A DNA stretch of 64,000 bases from the human T2T-CHM13v2.0 reference genome, Homo sapiens: assembly GCF_009914755.1 (NCBI RefSeq), contig NC_060928.1; one strand, written 5' to 3'. Positions 43,973 to 58,117 of this stretch are shown here, one piece after another. Position numbers and translations under genes: made by a program. A model generated the notes under the pieces. It saw nothing but the letters and a program-made list of their open reading frames with translations. It had not been told where the DNA came from and did not search any database. Positions within the stretch are counted from its first letter, which is position 1; each line of letters opens with the position of its first letter.

Positions 43973-46519
43973 AATAAAGTGAGGGTGCCGATATATAAAG
44001 GGTTAGAGTTTTTGTATGTGACTGAAGTTAAACTGGTATCAGTTTTAGATAGATTGTTATAATTTTAAGATGTTATATGTAATTCCCATGATAATCATTA
44101 AATAATTATAGAATACACACAAATGGAAATGAGAGGGGAGTAAAGATATGTAATTCCAAAACTCAGCTAAACACAAAGAAAGGCACTAATAAAAGAAATG
44201 AGACAAAAAAGTTATAAGACATACAGAAAACAAATATAAAGTGGCAAAAGCAAGTGTTTTCCTATTAGTAATAATTTTAAAAGCAAATAAATAAACTCCC
44301 CAGTCGAAATACATAAGTTGGTAAAATGGATTAACAAACACAACATCTAACTCTATGCTGTGTATGAGAGAGAGACTCTCTCTGTATCTAAAGACACACA
44401 TGAGTCTTAAAGTGAAAGGATGGACAAAAGATATTCAATGCAGATGGTAACAAAAGAGAGTAGGAGTGGCTATACCAATATTATAAAAATAGACTTTTTT
44501 GTTTTAAGAGACAAAGAAGAATATGATATTATATTAAAGGGTCCATTTAATGAGAGAGTGTAACGATTATAAACATATATGCACCAAACACCAGCTTGAA
44601 AATGTGCAAAGTAAGCACTGACAGAATTGAAGCGAACTATAGGAAGCTCTAAAATAATATAGTAGGACACTTTACCGCACCACCTGAAATAATGGATAGG
44701 ACAACCAGACAGAAGATTAGTAAGGAAGTAGAGGTCTTGAAGAACACTATAGACTAACTGGAGCTAATAAACATATGCAGAACACTCCACCCTCAACCAG
44801 CTGAATACATATTCTTCTCAAGTGCACACAGAATACTCACCATAAGAGACCATGTATTAGCGCAAAAAGCAAATCTCAAGTTTTTTAAAATGGAAATTTT
44901 ACAAAGTACCTTTTCTGATCACAATCAAATAAAACTAAAAATCAACAGAAGGAAAACTTGCAAATTCACAAATATATGGAACTTAAACAACATACACTAA
45001 AAAAATCAACGTGTCAAAAGGAAATTAGAAAATACCTTGAGACAAATGAAAAGAAAAACAGAATATAACAAAACAGATGGGATGTGGCAAAAGCAATGCT
45101 AACTGGGAAATTTATAGTTGTAAACACATGATCAAGGGAAAAACTTCATCATCTCATGCAGAAAAAGCATTTGACAAAATTCAACACCCTTTCATGATTA
45201 AAAATAACTAAAAAAACTAGGAATCGAAAAACAATTACATCAATATAATAGAGGCCACCTAAGAAAATCTCACAACTGACATCATACTCAATGGTGAAAG
45301 ACTGAAAACTTTTCCCCTAAGACGAAAAACAGGCAAGATGCTCACTTTCACCATTACTATTGAACATAGTCTTGGATGTCTTAGCCAGAGCAACTAGAGA
45401 AGAGAAAGAAATGAAAAGCATCCAAATTGAAAAGCAAGAACTGAAATTCTCTGCAGATGAGTGGATCTTATATATTTTAGAAAATCTTAAAGATTTCACA
45501 AAAATCCCATTTACCTAATAATATTAACTCAGCAAAGTTGAAGGACACAAAATCAGCACACAAAAATCAGTTGGATTTTTATATAATAAAATGAATATTA
45601 TAAAGAAGGAAATTAAGAAAACAATTCCATTTACAATAGAATCAAAAGAATAAAAATTTAGGAATGAACTTAAGCAAGGAGGCAAGACTTGTACACTGAA
45701 AACTATAAAACATTGCTAAGAGAAATTAAAGAAGACACAAATAAAAAAGACATCTATGTTTATGGATTGCATGACTTCCTATTTTTTAAGATGCAGAATT
45801 TTTTTTTAGATTACAGAAATAGAAAAATCCATCTGAAAATTTATATGGAATATCTAGATACTCTGGGTAGCCAAAAAAGAGAGAAAACAACAAATCAAAG
45901 GTCTTGTGCGTCCTGATTTCAAAGCTTACTGCAAAGATACAGTCTGTTATAAAGACAGACACAGAGACAAATGGAATGAAATAGAAAGCACAGAAATAAA
46001 CACATATACAGTAAATGTATTTTTGACAAGAGTGCCAAGACCATTCAGTGGGGGAAAGGACAGTCTTTTGAATAAATGGTGTTGGGAGAACTAAAGTTGG
46101 ATCTTTAACTTACACCGTATAGAAAAATTAACTCAAGGCAGGTCAAAGACCTAAACATAAAAAGTAAAACTATAAAACTCTTAGAAGAAAACAGGAATAA
46201 GCATCGTGGCATTTTAATGTTAATGAAATTTTTAGCTTTTTTTTCCCTAGTAATAGGATTTCTGAATGTAGTTAGGCATCTGTTTAACAATAATACAGTA
46301 CTTTCATTGTTGTAGTATAAAGAAAGATCTATCTGGATTCTTGATCCTAAGTTTCTTTCCTTTGAAGCTGGAGAATTTATCTCTGTTGGTTGATTCATTT
46401 TTGCCTGGGCTACATGAATAATCACATACTGAACGCAGACTTTCAACTTTTCAGCATTAGGACTGCTTTGTTGAAGATGGTATGTTGAACCACTCATTAT
46501 GTTTTCATTTGGTTCTGCT

Positions 46520-47650
46520 TCCTCCTGAAACTGTAAAATGATATTAAATAATGAAAAAAATGAAAACATCTTTGGAAGCTAGAAAGCAGATGGATAAGTG
46601 GTAAATGATGCAGACTTGAGAAAATTAAATCGTAAGATTGCTATGGAGAAAGCCCAGAGCATTCCAACTTACACTACAGAAAATGGCAGTGTTAGTTACC
46701 TTGGAGGTAGTAGTAAATATGGTTAATTGTTTGAAGATCAGATTAAAAATCAGTTGGACCTTTTGATTTTCTCTTCCATTCTGCTCAGGAAGAAGACTTT
46801 CTCTCTCCAGAGATGACCAGAGGTTTATTCTTTTTACTGTAGAACCTAGTCCCAGCTGGGAGGTGATACTATGGTTAAAAGGGGGTTAAGTGAAAGTTTA
46901 TGTTTTTAATATTGCAGTTCCCCAGACTTCTTTCCATTCCCCTTTCACAGAATTGCTTACTCTTTCTAGGAAGCAGATTTATAGTGTGTTCTCTGAGAAT
47001 CTAAACAATACAATAGAAAGACCTAAAGATTAAGATGTGAGGGTTTTCTTATTGAAATGACCTGGTAAATTATCCTGTAGCCAACAGCTGATTACTTGTT
47101 TCATGCGTATAGCTTTTTTTGCTTCCCACATATAAATAGGAGCAAATAACAAAATAATATTAGTTCTGTAAGGAAACAGAGCCCAAAGCAAAAGTAACTT
47201 GGCAGAAATAGATTAAAGGTAGAGAGTGAGTATATTACATCTGTTAAATAATAACAGGATGCTAAAAACAAAAGTTAGAAAATAAAAGAGTTTTGGAAAT
47301 TATACATATGATAGCAGAATTGAAAATTCATTAGAAGAAATAGAATATAAAATTGAGGAACTTCCCAAGAAAATAGAGCAAAAAGATAAATAGATGAAAA
47401 ATAAGGGAAAAAAATTAGAGGACTAGTACAAATAATCCAATATTAAAATCATAGGAATTTACAAAGGAGGGACAGAAGAAATAGGAGAAAGGAACATAAT
47501 TAAAGACATAATTCAAGAAAAATGTCCAGAACTGAAGGACATGATTTCCTTAAGCGTTACAGCTTACCAGATACCTTTACTAAGAACTCTGTATAATGCA
47601 AGACAGTGACAACTACACATCATCATGCATTTTCACAACTGGTGGCTAAC
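46520..47650 (+). mobile_element. HAL1/L1ME ORF1-like fragment
   Basis: aaaattgaggaacttcccaagaaaatagagcaaaaaga..attagaggac..caagaaaatgtccagaactgaaggacatga. Confidence 0.7.
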
Positions 47651-47659
47651 AGCACCACC

Positions 47660-48640
47660 CCAGTTTGTTGTTTTCCTTTAATTTTTTGAAGAAGGTTTTT
47701 ATGTGATCAAATTTATCCATTTTTTGGTACTTCCTGCTTTTGGTGCTGTACAAGGATGTACCTGTTCCACTCAAATTTTATTAAACAAATGTATCTATGC
47801 TTTCTTCCTTCTGGAATTACTTTGATTTTAGATATGAGGTAGAATATAACTTTATTTTAGTTTCATTCAAGTTTTGTGAAGTAAATAGAAATATCCACAT
47901 TATTTACTGAATTACTTATTTCTTATTGAATTTACAGTCTAACTTTACTATGAACAAAAATCATATATATATTATATATAATATGTATGTATATATAATA
48001 CCTGTGGTTTCAAGGGTATTTTTCCTCTATTTATTGTTCTGTCAATTATATTAGGTTTAATATTTATCTAGGCAAGTATTCCTTTCTAACTTTCTTTATC
48101 AGAAATTCACTGGCTCTTCTTATCAAAAGTTGTTTTTACAAAAGAATTCTAGAAACATCTTTTTAATATTAAAATAAATGCATGAAATGCTCATTGGATT
48201 TTGGTTACTATACATTAAAGTTGAATTTGAAAGAGTTGGTATCTTTATAACACTGAGATTTTCCTCTCATATACATGGAATCTCCATCGGTCTTTCAAGA
48301 TCTCATAGATATCCTCAATAGAGCTCATCATTTTCTTTATAGTCATTTATATTTATATTATAATCCTACATATTTTGTGTACTTTTTGTAATTATGCATG
48401 GAATCTTCTACCTACTACATTAATTATTTGAGAAATACAGGGAAACTCTCTCTGTGTTTGTGTGTGTTCATATGCATGCATACATGTGTATGCATGAATT
48501 TTTAATGTATTTATCTCATTTTACACTCTTATTATTGAAGGATTCTTTATTTATTTTGGGGATAGTCCACGTATATGTTGTTACTAATAATAATTTTTCC
48601 ACTCCTCTTTATGACTGCTAGGCTTCAACAATACTAAATT
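47660..48640 (-). mobile_element. Old L1 ORF2 3' fragment (L1M5/L1ME-like)
   Basis: gatcaaatttatccattt; ggattttggtta..ttgaatttgaaagagttggtatcttta. Confidence 0.55.
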
Positions 48641-48679
48641 TAAAGACTTAGAAATAAATCTCTTGTTCATTCACTTGTT

Positions 48680-49560
48680 GCCACATGCCATTCTATCTCC
48701 TGAAAGTTTTTCCTCTTTTTTAATTCCTACTAATTCTTCAGCTTTTAGCTTACTCATCAATCTCCAAGATTTTTAAAGACTTGGTTAGATGTCCTGCCTG
48801 TGTATTCCCATGTGTCCATGCCTACTGGGGCACTTGCAACATGTATTAAAATTGCCTAATTACTTGTCTATCTTGCCAGATGCCTGAAACATAGTAGTCT
48901 CTCAAGTTGTATTTTTTGATATATCAATAAAAAGCTATCGCAAATACAGCTTTAATGAATGCTTACTGTAAATTAGGCATTGCCCACGTGATTAGCCTAT
49001 ATTAACACAATTTATAGTCAAAAAAAACAAACAAACCAGTATGCAGAATTTAATATATTTTATTTAACAGGTAAGAAAACTTAGGTTCAGATAGGTTAAA
49101 GTTATTCAAAGTCACAACTAGTAAGGTTGCAGATAGGTTTTGAATTCATGTCCAGAAGAGAAGAGGAATAATGAGGACTCAAACTATGGTAATATCACTA
49201 GCAGTAGAGGTAAAGCATAGGGAGAGATTAAAGCAGTAGAGGCAAAGTATAGGGAAAGCTTAAGGAAGTAGCATTGGCAGAATTTGATGACTTACGGGCT
49301 ATGGTCATTGACGAAAAGGTAAATTCAAGGATTATCATCAAGTTTCTTGTTATGAGACACTGGGTCTCCAGTAGGCGAAGACAGGTAGATCAGAATTAAT
49401 GGGGAATCAAGGAATTCTGCCTTGTACATCTTCAGTTTCAAACATTTTGGGGATGTCTAAGTACATGTCTCCAGAAAGTAGTTAATATATGGATCTGCAG
49501 TTCAGTGGAGAAGTTAGCTCAGAGGTTTGGGGTGTATAGTAAGAGCAGTTTAAAGCCATA
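48680..49560. mobile_element. L2/MIR fragments (L2 +, MIR - at ~48950-49155, L2 -)
   Basis: atgaatgcttactg..acaggtaagaaaacttaggttcagataggttaa..aagtcacaactag. Confidence 0.55.
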
Positions 49561-52500
49561 ATTTAAAGCACTGTAACAAAGTTATGTAAAGTAATACTTA
49601 GGGACTAATAACATACACATAAAGGTTAAAAAATCTAAATTTTAAATACTGTTGAAAGAATAATAAATAAAAGATAAAATTATAATGCAATGAAGCAATT
49701 CCCTGAAGACTGACTGGTCAGGGGTTAAAAATCAAGACAGCATAATTCTATTACAGTAAAATAATTAGTAGGATATAGTTGAAACAACTATAAAGTCAGT
49801 GAGCAGAGAAAATACTTCCTGTAACATGAAAATTTATCTCCTATAAAATGATAAAAGGTCCACTGACAAGCATGTCAAAGCTCAGCCCAGAAAGTCAGGT
49901 AAATGAGACAAGATGCTATAAAGTTAACTCCCAACTAGGGACAAGCCTAGTCAGCCATACCGGTTCTGAGGAACTCGGGAAAAGCCGAATTTTTCTACTG
50001 CCAAGTTTCCAGACGGATTTTCTCATGGCTTGTATGTGTCCAGTTGAGAAGAGTAGGGAGAAATTGTTTTTATCATTTGATAGGTTTCACTAGTTTTCTT
50101 GTTTTACATCTGCTTCTAGTGACATAAATGTAAATCAGTATAGTCCACTGCTAATAACCTTCCTCTTCCACATTCCTAGAAATTTTAGCAAATTGAATCA
50201 TATTTTCCCACTAATTCACATTATAATTCTAAATATATCTCAATCTCTTTACCTAGCTTCAATTTACAATGGAGTCCAAGGCCATGCCGTTTAAATTCTC
50301 CTCTTTTAATTTGTCCATGCCTTAAAAATACATTCCCATGTACTAGGATAAGTATGGTAGAAGAATGTTTTCTTAAGGTGATAAAGATTTTTGCCACACA
50401 AATTATCACGGTCTAAATAATTGTAGGATTACATTTTAATACAGTGGTTTTGCTTTTTTTTCCATACTTGTGTACAATGATAAGGAAAATTTAATACGGG
50501 TAGGGATGAGAGATGAAAAAAATCAAAACTTCACAAACTAATTTCTTTGAGACTTATGGTACTTTTGGTTCCCAAAAAAAGAACAGAATGACCTGTAATC
50601 AAATCTTGTCACATCAAGCTTTCAAATGTGCAGTGATGAAAAGGCAGAAAAATGTGGTCTTTCAAAGATTCTAGTGTGCTATTTCAAAATAGAAACAGTA
50701 GCAATACTTTAAAAATTCCAGTAAAGGAGAGAAGTGTCATTAGAACAATGAGAGGAAATAGTTTTAACCAAGTATTACATTTTCCTGACTTTCAGAATAA
50801 ATTTTAGTTTAGTAGTTCAGATTCACACTCTCTCTACCTCATTGATTATTCTTGGCTGAAATACAATAAAACACAAATATTGTTAATATACTTGCCTCCA
50901 GTTACCATCTCCCTGTCCAAGAACTTATTATTATTAATATAATTATTCTGTTAATACCAGATCCACTGTATCTGGAAAGTAATAAATTTCATGTATGTTA
51001 TTTCTCAAGGTTAGTATCAACTATATTTTTGAGAAAGCAAAATATGACAAAATATTATACTATATATGTCATATGTTATTCACCTAATATATATGTAAAA
51101 TAATGTTGTAATAATATTTTGATAAGACACAAGAATCAAAGCTCTGGTTCAAATCACCATTCCAATTCTTACTATGGAATTGTAAGCAGTTAACTTATCT
51201 AAGCCTCAATTTCCTCAACTATATTTAGAATTTACACCATCTTTTGTAACTTTGTTGGTGTATGATGTACATGAGGCATTTTTTACTTTATATATGGTAG
51301 CTATTGTTATGAGTTATGCATTTAAGCAAAACACATGAAAGAAAAAATACATATCACAGAACTAAAACAGTACTTCGGGGAGTATTTGTGTAGCTCTGAA
51401 GATCATTAACATTAACTTTGACAAAAAAAAAAAAAAAAACTGTTGCAAATGCACAAATTGCCAAATTTTAACTTTTCCGCTGAGCAAATCTGAGTAATTT
51501 ATTAGTAGAGAAGAAAAAAAAACACTAAACAATATTCTGCTGCGGTAATGCTCTTCTCACCTAACATTTATGTGACATGAAAAGATCCTCTGAACTTATA
51601 AACCATTAGTATGTTTTGGAGACTTATTAGAAGATTTTCTTCAGATTAAAGTTCTATGAAAAATTCCTTCTAGAATATGCCCAGTGAATACTGGTGCCCT
51701 CTCCTGCAAAATATGTGGATTGAGTCATTTTGAAGATCCCCTGAGATCTTTCATGACTTTCCCCCCATGTTGAGGGCACCTCTCTAAATAGAACACTGAA
51801 ATTAGTAGAAGGAAGATGAAAAAGAGAGACTAAACCTAGTGGTTTCCTTTGTCTGAGGCCTGTCTAAAGGGCTCTAAGGATAGCTGTGAAAGATTCTCTA
51901 TTACTGTGGCAAAGACTGCCCCCTGAATAATTCGCTAGGCTCATTACAGTGGAATACTTCAGCATTCACCAAAATCAACGAAAATGAAACTTATTGTAAG
52001 AAAGTTTTTAAAGACAGATTCAGTTATCTTTCAAGGTATTAACAAAATCACCTGCCCAATGAATCATGGTTATATGCTGTTTTTCAGAATGTGATGTTGA
52101 ATAATTTTAAAATGCTGTAATGCTAAAAAGGAGAGCAAGGACCCAGGTGGTCAGAGTGAGTGGCTATCTCTTAAAATTAACAGATGCCACATTTGAATAA
52201 TCAAGATATTAAAAATAGTCATTTTGTTGATGCATTTATGTATTTTATTTACTGTTTTCTATCTCAATTCTGCAAGTCTTAGAATTTTTGAATTCCTTTC
52301 GTAGCTGTTACACATGTATTAAGTAAAAATAAAATGTGATATTGTTATTTATATTCTCAATGAATGTATATATTATACTGAAAATAGCTTTAAAACATTT
52401 TGAAATATCTAAGTATTTACATATTTGTATAAATAAGCTTACAGGCAAATATTTCTATTTCTAGACTCCAATACTTTAAAAATTGGCTTATAATTATGGC

Positions 52501-52868
52501 TGTTCATATTAAATATCTTTCAGTACTCTGGTTTAGAAACAGAGCTAAATTCACATAAGAGGTGTATACATCATATTAAAGTGAAATTTCTTTGAAGTCC
52601 ACTTCCTTTTTGCTCACATGGCCTTACCAACCTACAAATGGATCAGGAAGTCCAGTCCTTCCACACACACAGAATAGAATTAGAGATGTTTAGGTAAATA
52701 GCAGCAGTAGCTGCCATTGATGGGCTGCATCTCCATTCAAATATTCCATATGTATGCACCTAGTAAACAAGGAAAGAAATGGCAGCTCCAGATATGTCAA
52801 TCAGATACCTGTATCATAGGGCTGACTGCCCCTACCTTTCTTGCCTATCATAAAAAAACAGATTCACA

Positions 52869-53144
52869 ATCCCAGCACTTTGGGAGACCGAGGCAGGCAG
52901 ATGAGGTCAAGAGATTGAGACCATCCTGGCCAATATGGTGAAACCCCATCTCTACTAAAAATACAAAAATTAGCTAGGTGTGGTGGTGAGGGCCTGTAGT
53001 CCCAGCTACTCAGGAGGCTGAGGCAGGAGAATCGCTTGAACCCAGGAGGCAGAGGTTGCTGTGAGCCAAGATCGCGCCGCTGCACTCTGCACTCCAGCAT
53101 GGAGACAGAGCGAGACTCCGTCTAAAAAAAAAAAAAAAAAAAAG
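52869..53144 (+). mobile_element. 5'-truncated AluSc
   Basis: gaggtcaagagattgagaccatcctggccaa; TSD aaacagattcaca (52856-52868, 53145-53157). Confidence 0.92.
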
Positions 53145-53181
53145 AAACAGATTCACACTCAATAGTAGAATACTAGATAGA

Positions 53182-53214
53182 CTCAAAAAGGACAGTTTGA
53201 GTGTCCTTTTTGAG
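53182..53214. repeat. Perfect inverted repeat, 13-bp stem and 7-nt loop
   Basis: ctcaaaaaggaca-gtttgag-tgtcctttttgag. Confidence 0.9.
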
Positions 53215-54129
53215 GGATGTCATTGAAAAGGAAAAGAAAATAATGAAGTTCATGATTGGTGGTAGATTTTATTCACTTTTAACTTTTCTAACAACAGGGC
53301 ATTTTCATTAGTGAGTTTCCCCCAAATATTTTGATTTAATCTACATAAAATGCATAGTTTTTGCAGAAACACCATGACTATATAAATGCATTACTTTACC
53401 AAAGTTCCATTATCCGCAAGATACTAACATCCTAGCTTCTTTCATAGGCCATGCTGATTGAATCCAGGTTTTCTTTCTTGACAATGCTTACTATGAACAT
53501 TTTGTGATTAAATATCATGTTTGATATAAGGGTACTTTTCATTTGCCAATATAAAAATGAACTTGGATAGCATTTTTAAGGTACTAAATGATGTCAGTCA
53601 TAAGCCTTCTCATTAAAAAACAAACAAAAATCCTTATGTAAGCTTTTCATAAGTTCCTTTGATTTTTTTAAAGGAAGATAGTATGAGTTGATAAATACTT
53701 AACAGTTGGTAAATCCTTAATATTTATACCTAAGGATTTCAGAATTATAGATGGGAAGAATGAAAGAATATGGTGGCAGAGGTCAAATGTCTTATTTTCA
53801 TCTTGGAATTTTTAGTTCAGAAATCTAACTTTCTTCAAGAGAATAAAAAAGAATAAAGAATTACCTATCTTCAGAAATTTAAAAGGTGATTAGCTTGAGG
53901 GTTTCTGTCCCCTTGCTCTCCCATCAGATTTTCATGCAGGTCAGCAGAAGGACAATTTGATTAGTGTTGATTAGCTCTTTGAATCCCATGCTTTTGGTTA
54001 ATTTGCTTCGTTACTTATGGCTTTGCTACTTATCTTACAAAAAAAACCTTAAAGTTAAGTGGATTTAATGGGATAGAATACAAGCAATAAAGTAAAGCAG
54101 TTTGGTCTTTCTCTACTACTTTATCCTGC

Positions 54130-54325
54130 TTCTTTTTTTACAAAACAAAGAATGTCTGACATTTTGCCACATATATTTGCTTTTTTACATTTTTGTTGTC
54201 TCTCTCCCCCAAGCAAATAAGCTCTGCATGAGCATGGCCTATCTTTTACACCATTGTTATCTGCAGTGTCTAGAACAGTGTCTGGCACATTGCACGTACT
54301 CAATAAATACGCAAAGAATGGCATA
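54130..54325 (+). mobile_element. L2a 3' end
   Basis: gtgtctagaacagtgtctggcacattgcacgtactcaataaatac. Confidence 0.75.
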
Positions 54326-54419
54326 AAGAGGTGATGAACTGATTAACCCATACTCTTTACCTGACCAGTAATTTAGAATCCATAGTGAATGTATATTTTA
54401 TATTATCAGAATGGAGATG

Positions 54420-55454
54420 ACAAAAATAGACATGTGGAATTATGTTAAATTAAAAAGCTTCTGTACAGTAAAGAAAGCAATCAATAGAGTGAAAAAGCGA
54501 TCTATAGAATGGAAGAAGATATTTCTAAACTGTATATTTGATAAGAGATTAATTTCCAAAATATATAAAGAACTCCCACAACTCAGTAGTAAAAGACATG
54601 AACAATCCAATTAAAAATGGGCTAAGGACTTGAATGAATATTTCTCCAAAGAAAACATACAAACAGCTGACATGTATATGAAACAAATGCCCAACATCAT
54701 TAATCATTAGAGTAATGCAAATCAAAACCACAATATCACCTCACATCTTGCAGGATGGCTGTTATATATAAAAAGAAAAGACAAATGATGAGGATATGGA
54801 AAAATTCGAGCCCTTGCACACTGTTGGTGGGAATGCAAAATGGTGCAACTGCTGTGGAAAACAGTATGGAGGTTCCTCAAAATTAAAATATGTGTATGAT
54901 CCAGAAATTCTATTTCTGAGTACCTATTCAAAAGAATTGAAATTAGGATCTTGAACAGATACTAGAATAGATACATAGGAGTCTATGTTCGTTGTAGCAT
55001 TATTCATGATAATCAAGATGTGAAAACAACTTAAATGTATACTAACAAATAAATGGATTAAAAGTGTGTTATATAACACAGTGGAATATGATTTAACCCT
55101 AAAAAAGAAGAAATCCTGTAGTATATGATAACGTAGATACACCTGAAAGACATTATGCTAAATGAAATAAGACAGTCACAGAAAGACAAATACTTCCACT
55201 TATATGAGGTATCTGAAATAGTCAGATTCATGGAAACAAAGAATAGAATTGTGGTCACCAGGAGCTGTCAGGAGAGGGAAAGAGGGAGTTCCTTATCAAC
55301 GGGCATACAATTTCAGTTACACAAGATAAATGAATTCCAGAGATTTACTGTGCAACATTATGCCTACAGATAACAATACTCACACGCACTTAAACATCTG
55401 TTAAACGGGTAGATCTCATTTTAAACGTTCTTACCACAATTTAAAAAAAAAAAA
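54420..55454 (+). mobile_element. 5'-truncated L1MA9/10-L1MB1-like
   Basis: [12 protein letters not shown]2 end; 3'UTR gggtagatctcattttaaacgttcttaccaca plus A tail; degenerate TSD agaatggagatgacaa/agaatgaaggagacaa. Confidence 0.85.
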
Positions 55455-57059
55455 AGAATGAAGGAGACAAGAGGAAGTAGCATACAGAATAAAAGCCTAA
55501 TGGAAATCTTTGAGGTTTAAAGAGACACAGGTTTGCATAGCACCATGTGTTTGAGTCTACCATTTAGCAGCAAAACGATCATAGGATAATTCCAGTGCTG
55601 ATACAGGTTGAATTTTTTAGCTGAATTTCAAACTATGCTTTATTAAAGTCTTTCTGAATGTCAGAAAAGTTCTATTCTGTTCCTGCTGCTTAATATAAGT
55701 GGACTCCCATGAGCTTCAGAAAGAATGGAAAGGGAAAAAAAATCAATTAATTATCTGGGGACTGTTTCTTAAGCTATCAGATGATTGAGGATGCATAAGA
55801 CATCTGGTCATTAGAACCTGTATAATAGTTGCATGATTGATTTAGAGGAGAGTTAATACTCTAGTGACTCTGGAAGAGATGATACTTATTTTCAACTTTT
55901 ACTAACATTTTAGTAGCGATGATTAACCAAAATTATACTAGCAGGTGTTAGTAAGTGCATTTCTGGAAGTGAAGTATTTTGAGGGTGTGGGTTGGGGGAG
56001 AACTTTAGTAAAATATGCTGCTTTATGTTTTGGAATTTTGAAATCTTAATTCTATACAGTTTCGTGATTATTATCAATAAATATATGGTAAAGATACTTA
56101 AAACAATAAGTACGTAGTGTTCCCATAATTAAAAATAACATTTCAGTAACAATAATAAACTTACTGCTGTGTTCATTATCAAGGTTGCCTCCTGTTCACT
56201 ACCATTTCAAATTGAGTTCTGACTGAATAGTTGAGTTAAAAGCATTAGATGTTTGAGTTCCTTGTTATGGTAGAAACATTGTTATTTTCAGAATTAGCTC
56301 TTTTTTGTTAATTATGCATTATTATCATTGTTACATAAAATTTTATAATTTTATAGCTCTTGGAATTAATGATGTTTTTTCTTTTGCTTAAACAGTTATA
56401 TCTGTAGAGACAAGAAATGGATTCATCCCTTTTAAAATGTTCTTTTAGAAAAATATATCCATTATGATTAATCTTTGAAGATTTATAAACAAGAGGAAAA
56501 TTGAATATCTATTTAGGAAAAATATCCAGGGTTTTTAGTTAGTGTGTCTTTTTCTAAGTTATTAGAATATTGGAATCCATTTTAAGAGACTTCTCATTTG
56601 TATTTACTTTTCTTGATTGCTTCCAAAAATTAGGTGTTAGTTGAGTCACCTATGCTGTTTAATAACTTCCTTCCTATGAAATGTACTTCCTGAGTGTCAT
56701 GATATGTCATGTGAAGCAATTTCCCTTGTTTCCTAATTTGTGGATTATACTTTCCAGTTTGAATATTTTTCCCCACATGAACAGTTTGTCTCAGTGCACT
56801 TTACCAACCACCTTTGTTACTAATAAATGAAAGTGATGGTAATAGTGAGACCTGCATCAAGATATAGTCAATGAGAAAAACTAAACTACTAAGACCTTTT
56901 TCTTCTTCATTGGTGAGCTATCTGATTCTAACTTTGAGGTAGGTTTGGGTCCAGGGTACCTCATGTGTGATTGCCATAGGTGAGCAACTTTTGACTGGAA
57001 CAGACTGAAAGAGTAAAAAATACTGTACTTTTCCTCAAAGAGTTTCAGGCATCTATGAA

Positions 57060-57390
57060 GTCAATTGCATTCAATAAGTTGCTGAATACAAAACTGATCT
57101 TTTCTCCCAGAGGCTATAGTCTGGTTGAGGAAACAAATATAAAATGCATATGGCAAAGGTGACAATTTTATAGGAGTAAAACGAAGTCTTAAGAGGGTTG
57201 AGAAAGAGAGACAAATTGTGATGAAATGAACTTGTGAAGGCCTTATTGAGAAGGGTACATTTGAATTTTGACTTGAAATCTGACTAGGACTTTTCAGGTA
57301 GATGTAAATGTTAGGATGCCTTCAAAGGTATTTGGGGAAGGATTCTAATGTCCAGAGTCCTGTTGTGCCAGAGTTAGGAAATACGTGGCT
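57060..57390 (-). mobile_element. L2 fragment
   Basis: ctcccagaggctatagtctggttgagg..gaaggccttattgagaagggtacatttga. Confidence 0.5.
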
Positions 57391-58117
57391 CTCAAGACTG
57401 AATTTTATCTGGTTAAGGGAGCCACCCTCTGAGAAGCTTCTGACATTTCACTTCTTACCAAGATAATTTGTGGTCTATATAATCCTGAATATTTGTTGAC
57501 ATCCAATAATGTGATAATGCTGGACCTAGGAAGAAACTGAAGTTCCAAGATTTCTAGTAACACTTGGATTCCTTCCTGCATGCTCAAAAATTTAAGGTGA
57601 CATAAGCTCAAAGAAGAAAGCCAGAGGAGAAATTCTAGGGCAAAAGCAAAGTTATTTTTTCAGATAAGAACCTCTTTGCTGCCTTCTGTATCACCCTCAT
57701 CTATGTTTGGGTATGATATGAGTGAGTAAATTAATTAGGTTTTTCTGGAAGATGGAGGAATTGAGAGGAACTTGGGAAATTACATATTTGTCGGAGCTAT
57801 TAAACTCTGTCTTTTGAATAAGGATTTGAATGGATCAGGGCTTTACTTTGTGCCATGAGCTGTATAAGGTATTAATAAATTCCTCTAAGGTTTTGCCTTT
57901 GACCATGAGTAACATCTGCTATAGTTTCATTTTCTCCACTCAGCCACTAGGAGCTTGCTGGAGAAAAGTTACTAAACTCAGAGCCATCCAATTGCTTTTA
58001 TATCAAACTACTATTCTTTTTTTTTCTTTGAAATAAATTAACTGTATTACTTGCGCTTAATAGAACACTTATGGCCTCAGAAAGAACTAGAGTTTGAATT
58101 AACAGACACTTGCTTTT

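Larger units (their letters stand above)
40260..46205 (+). mobile_element. Old L1 (L1M4/L1MC-like) 5' region, ORF1, spacer and deleted ORF2, hosting nested inserts
   Basis: ORF1-like LFEQIMPENFPNL..DIQIQE; ORF2-like atatatgcaccaaac, gcagaaaaagcatttgacaaaattcaacaccctttcatg, NKWCWEN. Confidence 0.75.

Noticed and set aside
46105-46569. 154-aa minus-strand ORF
   Set aside because: Spans the L1/HAL1 boundary in antisense; no domain
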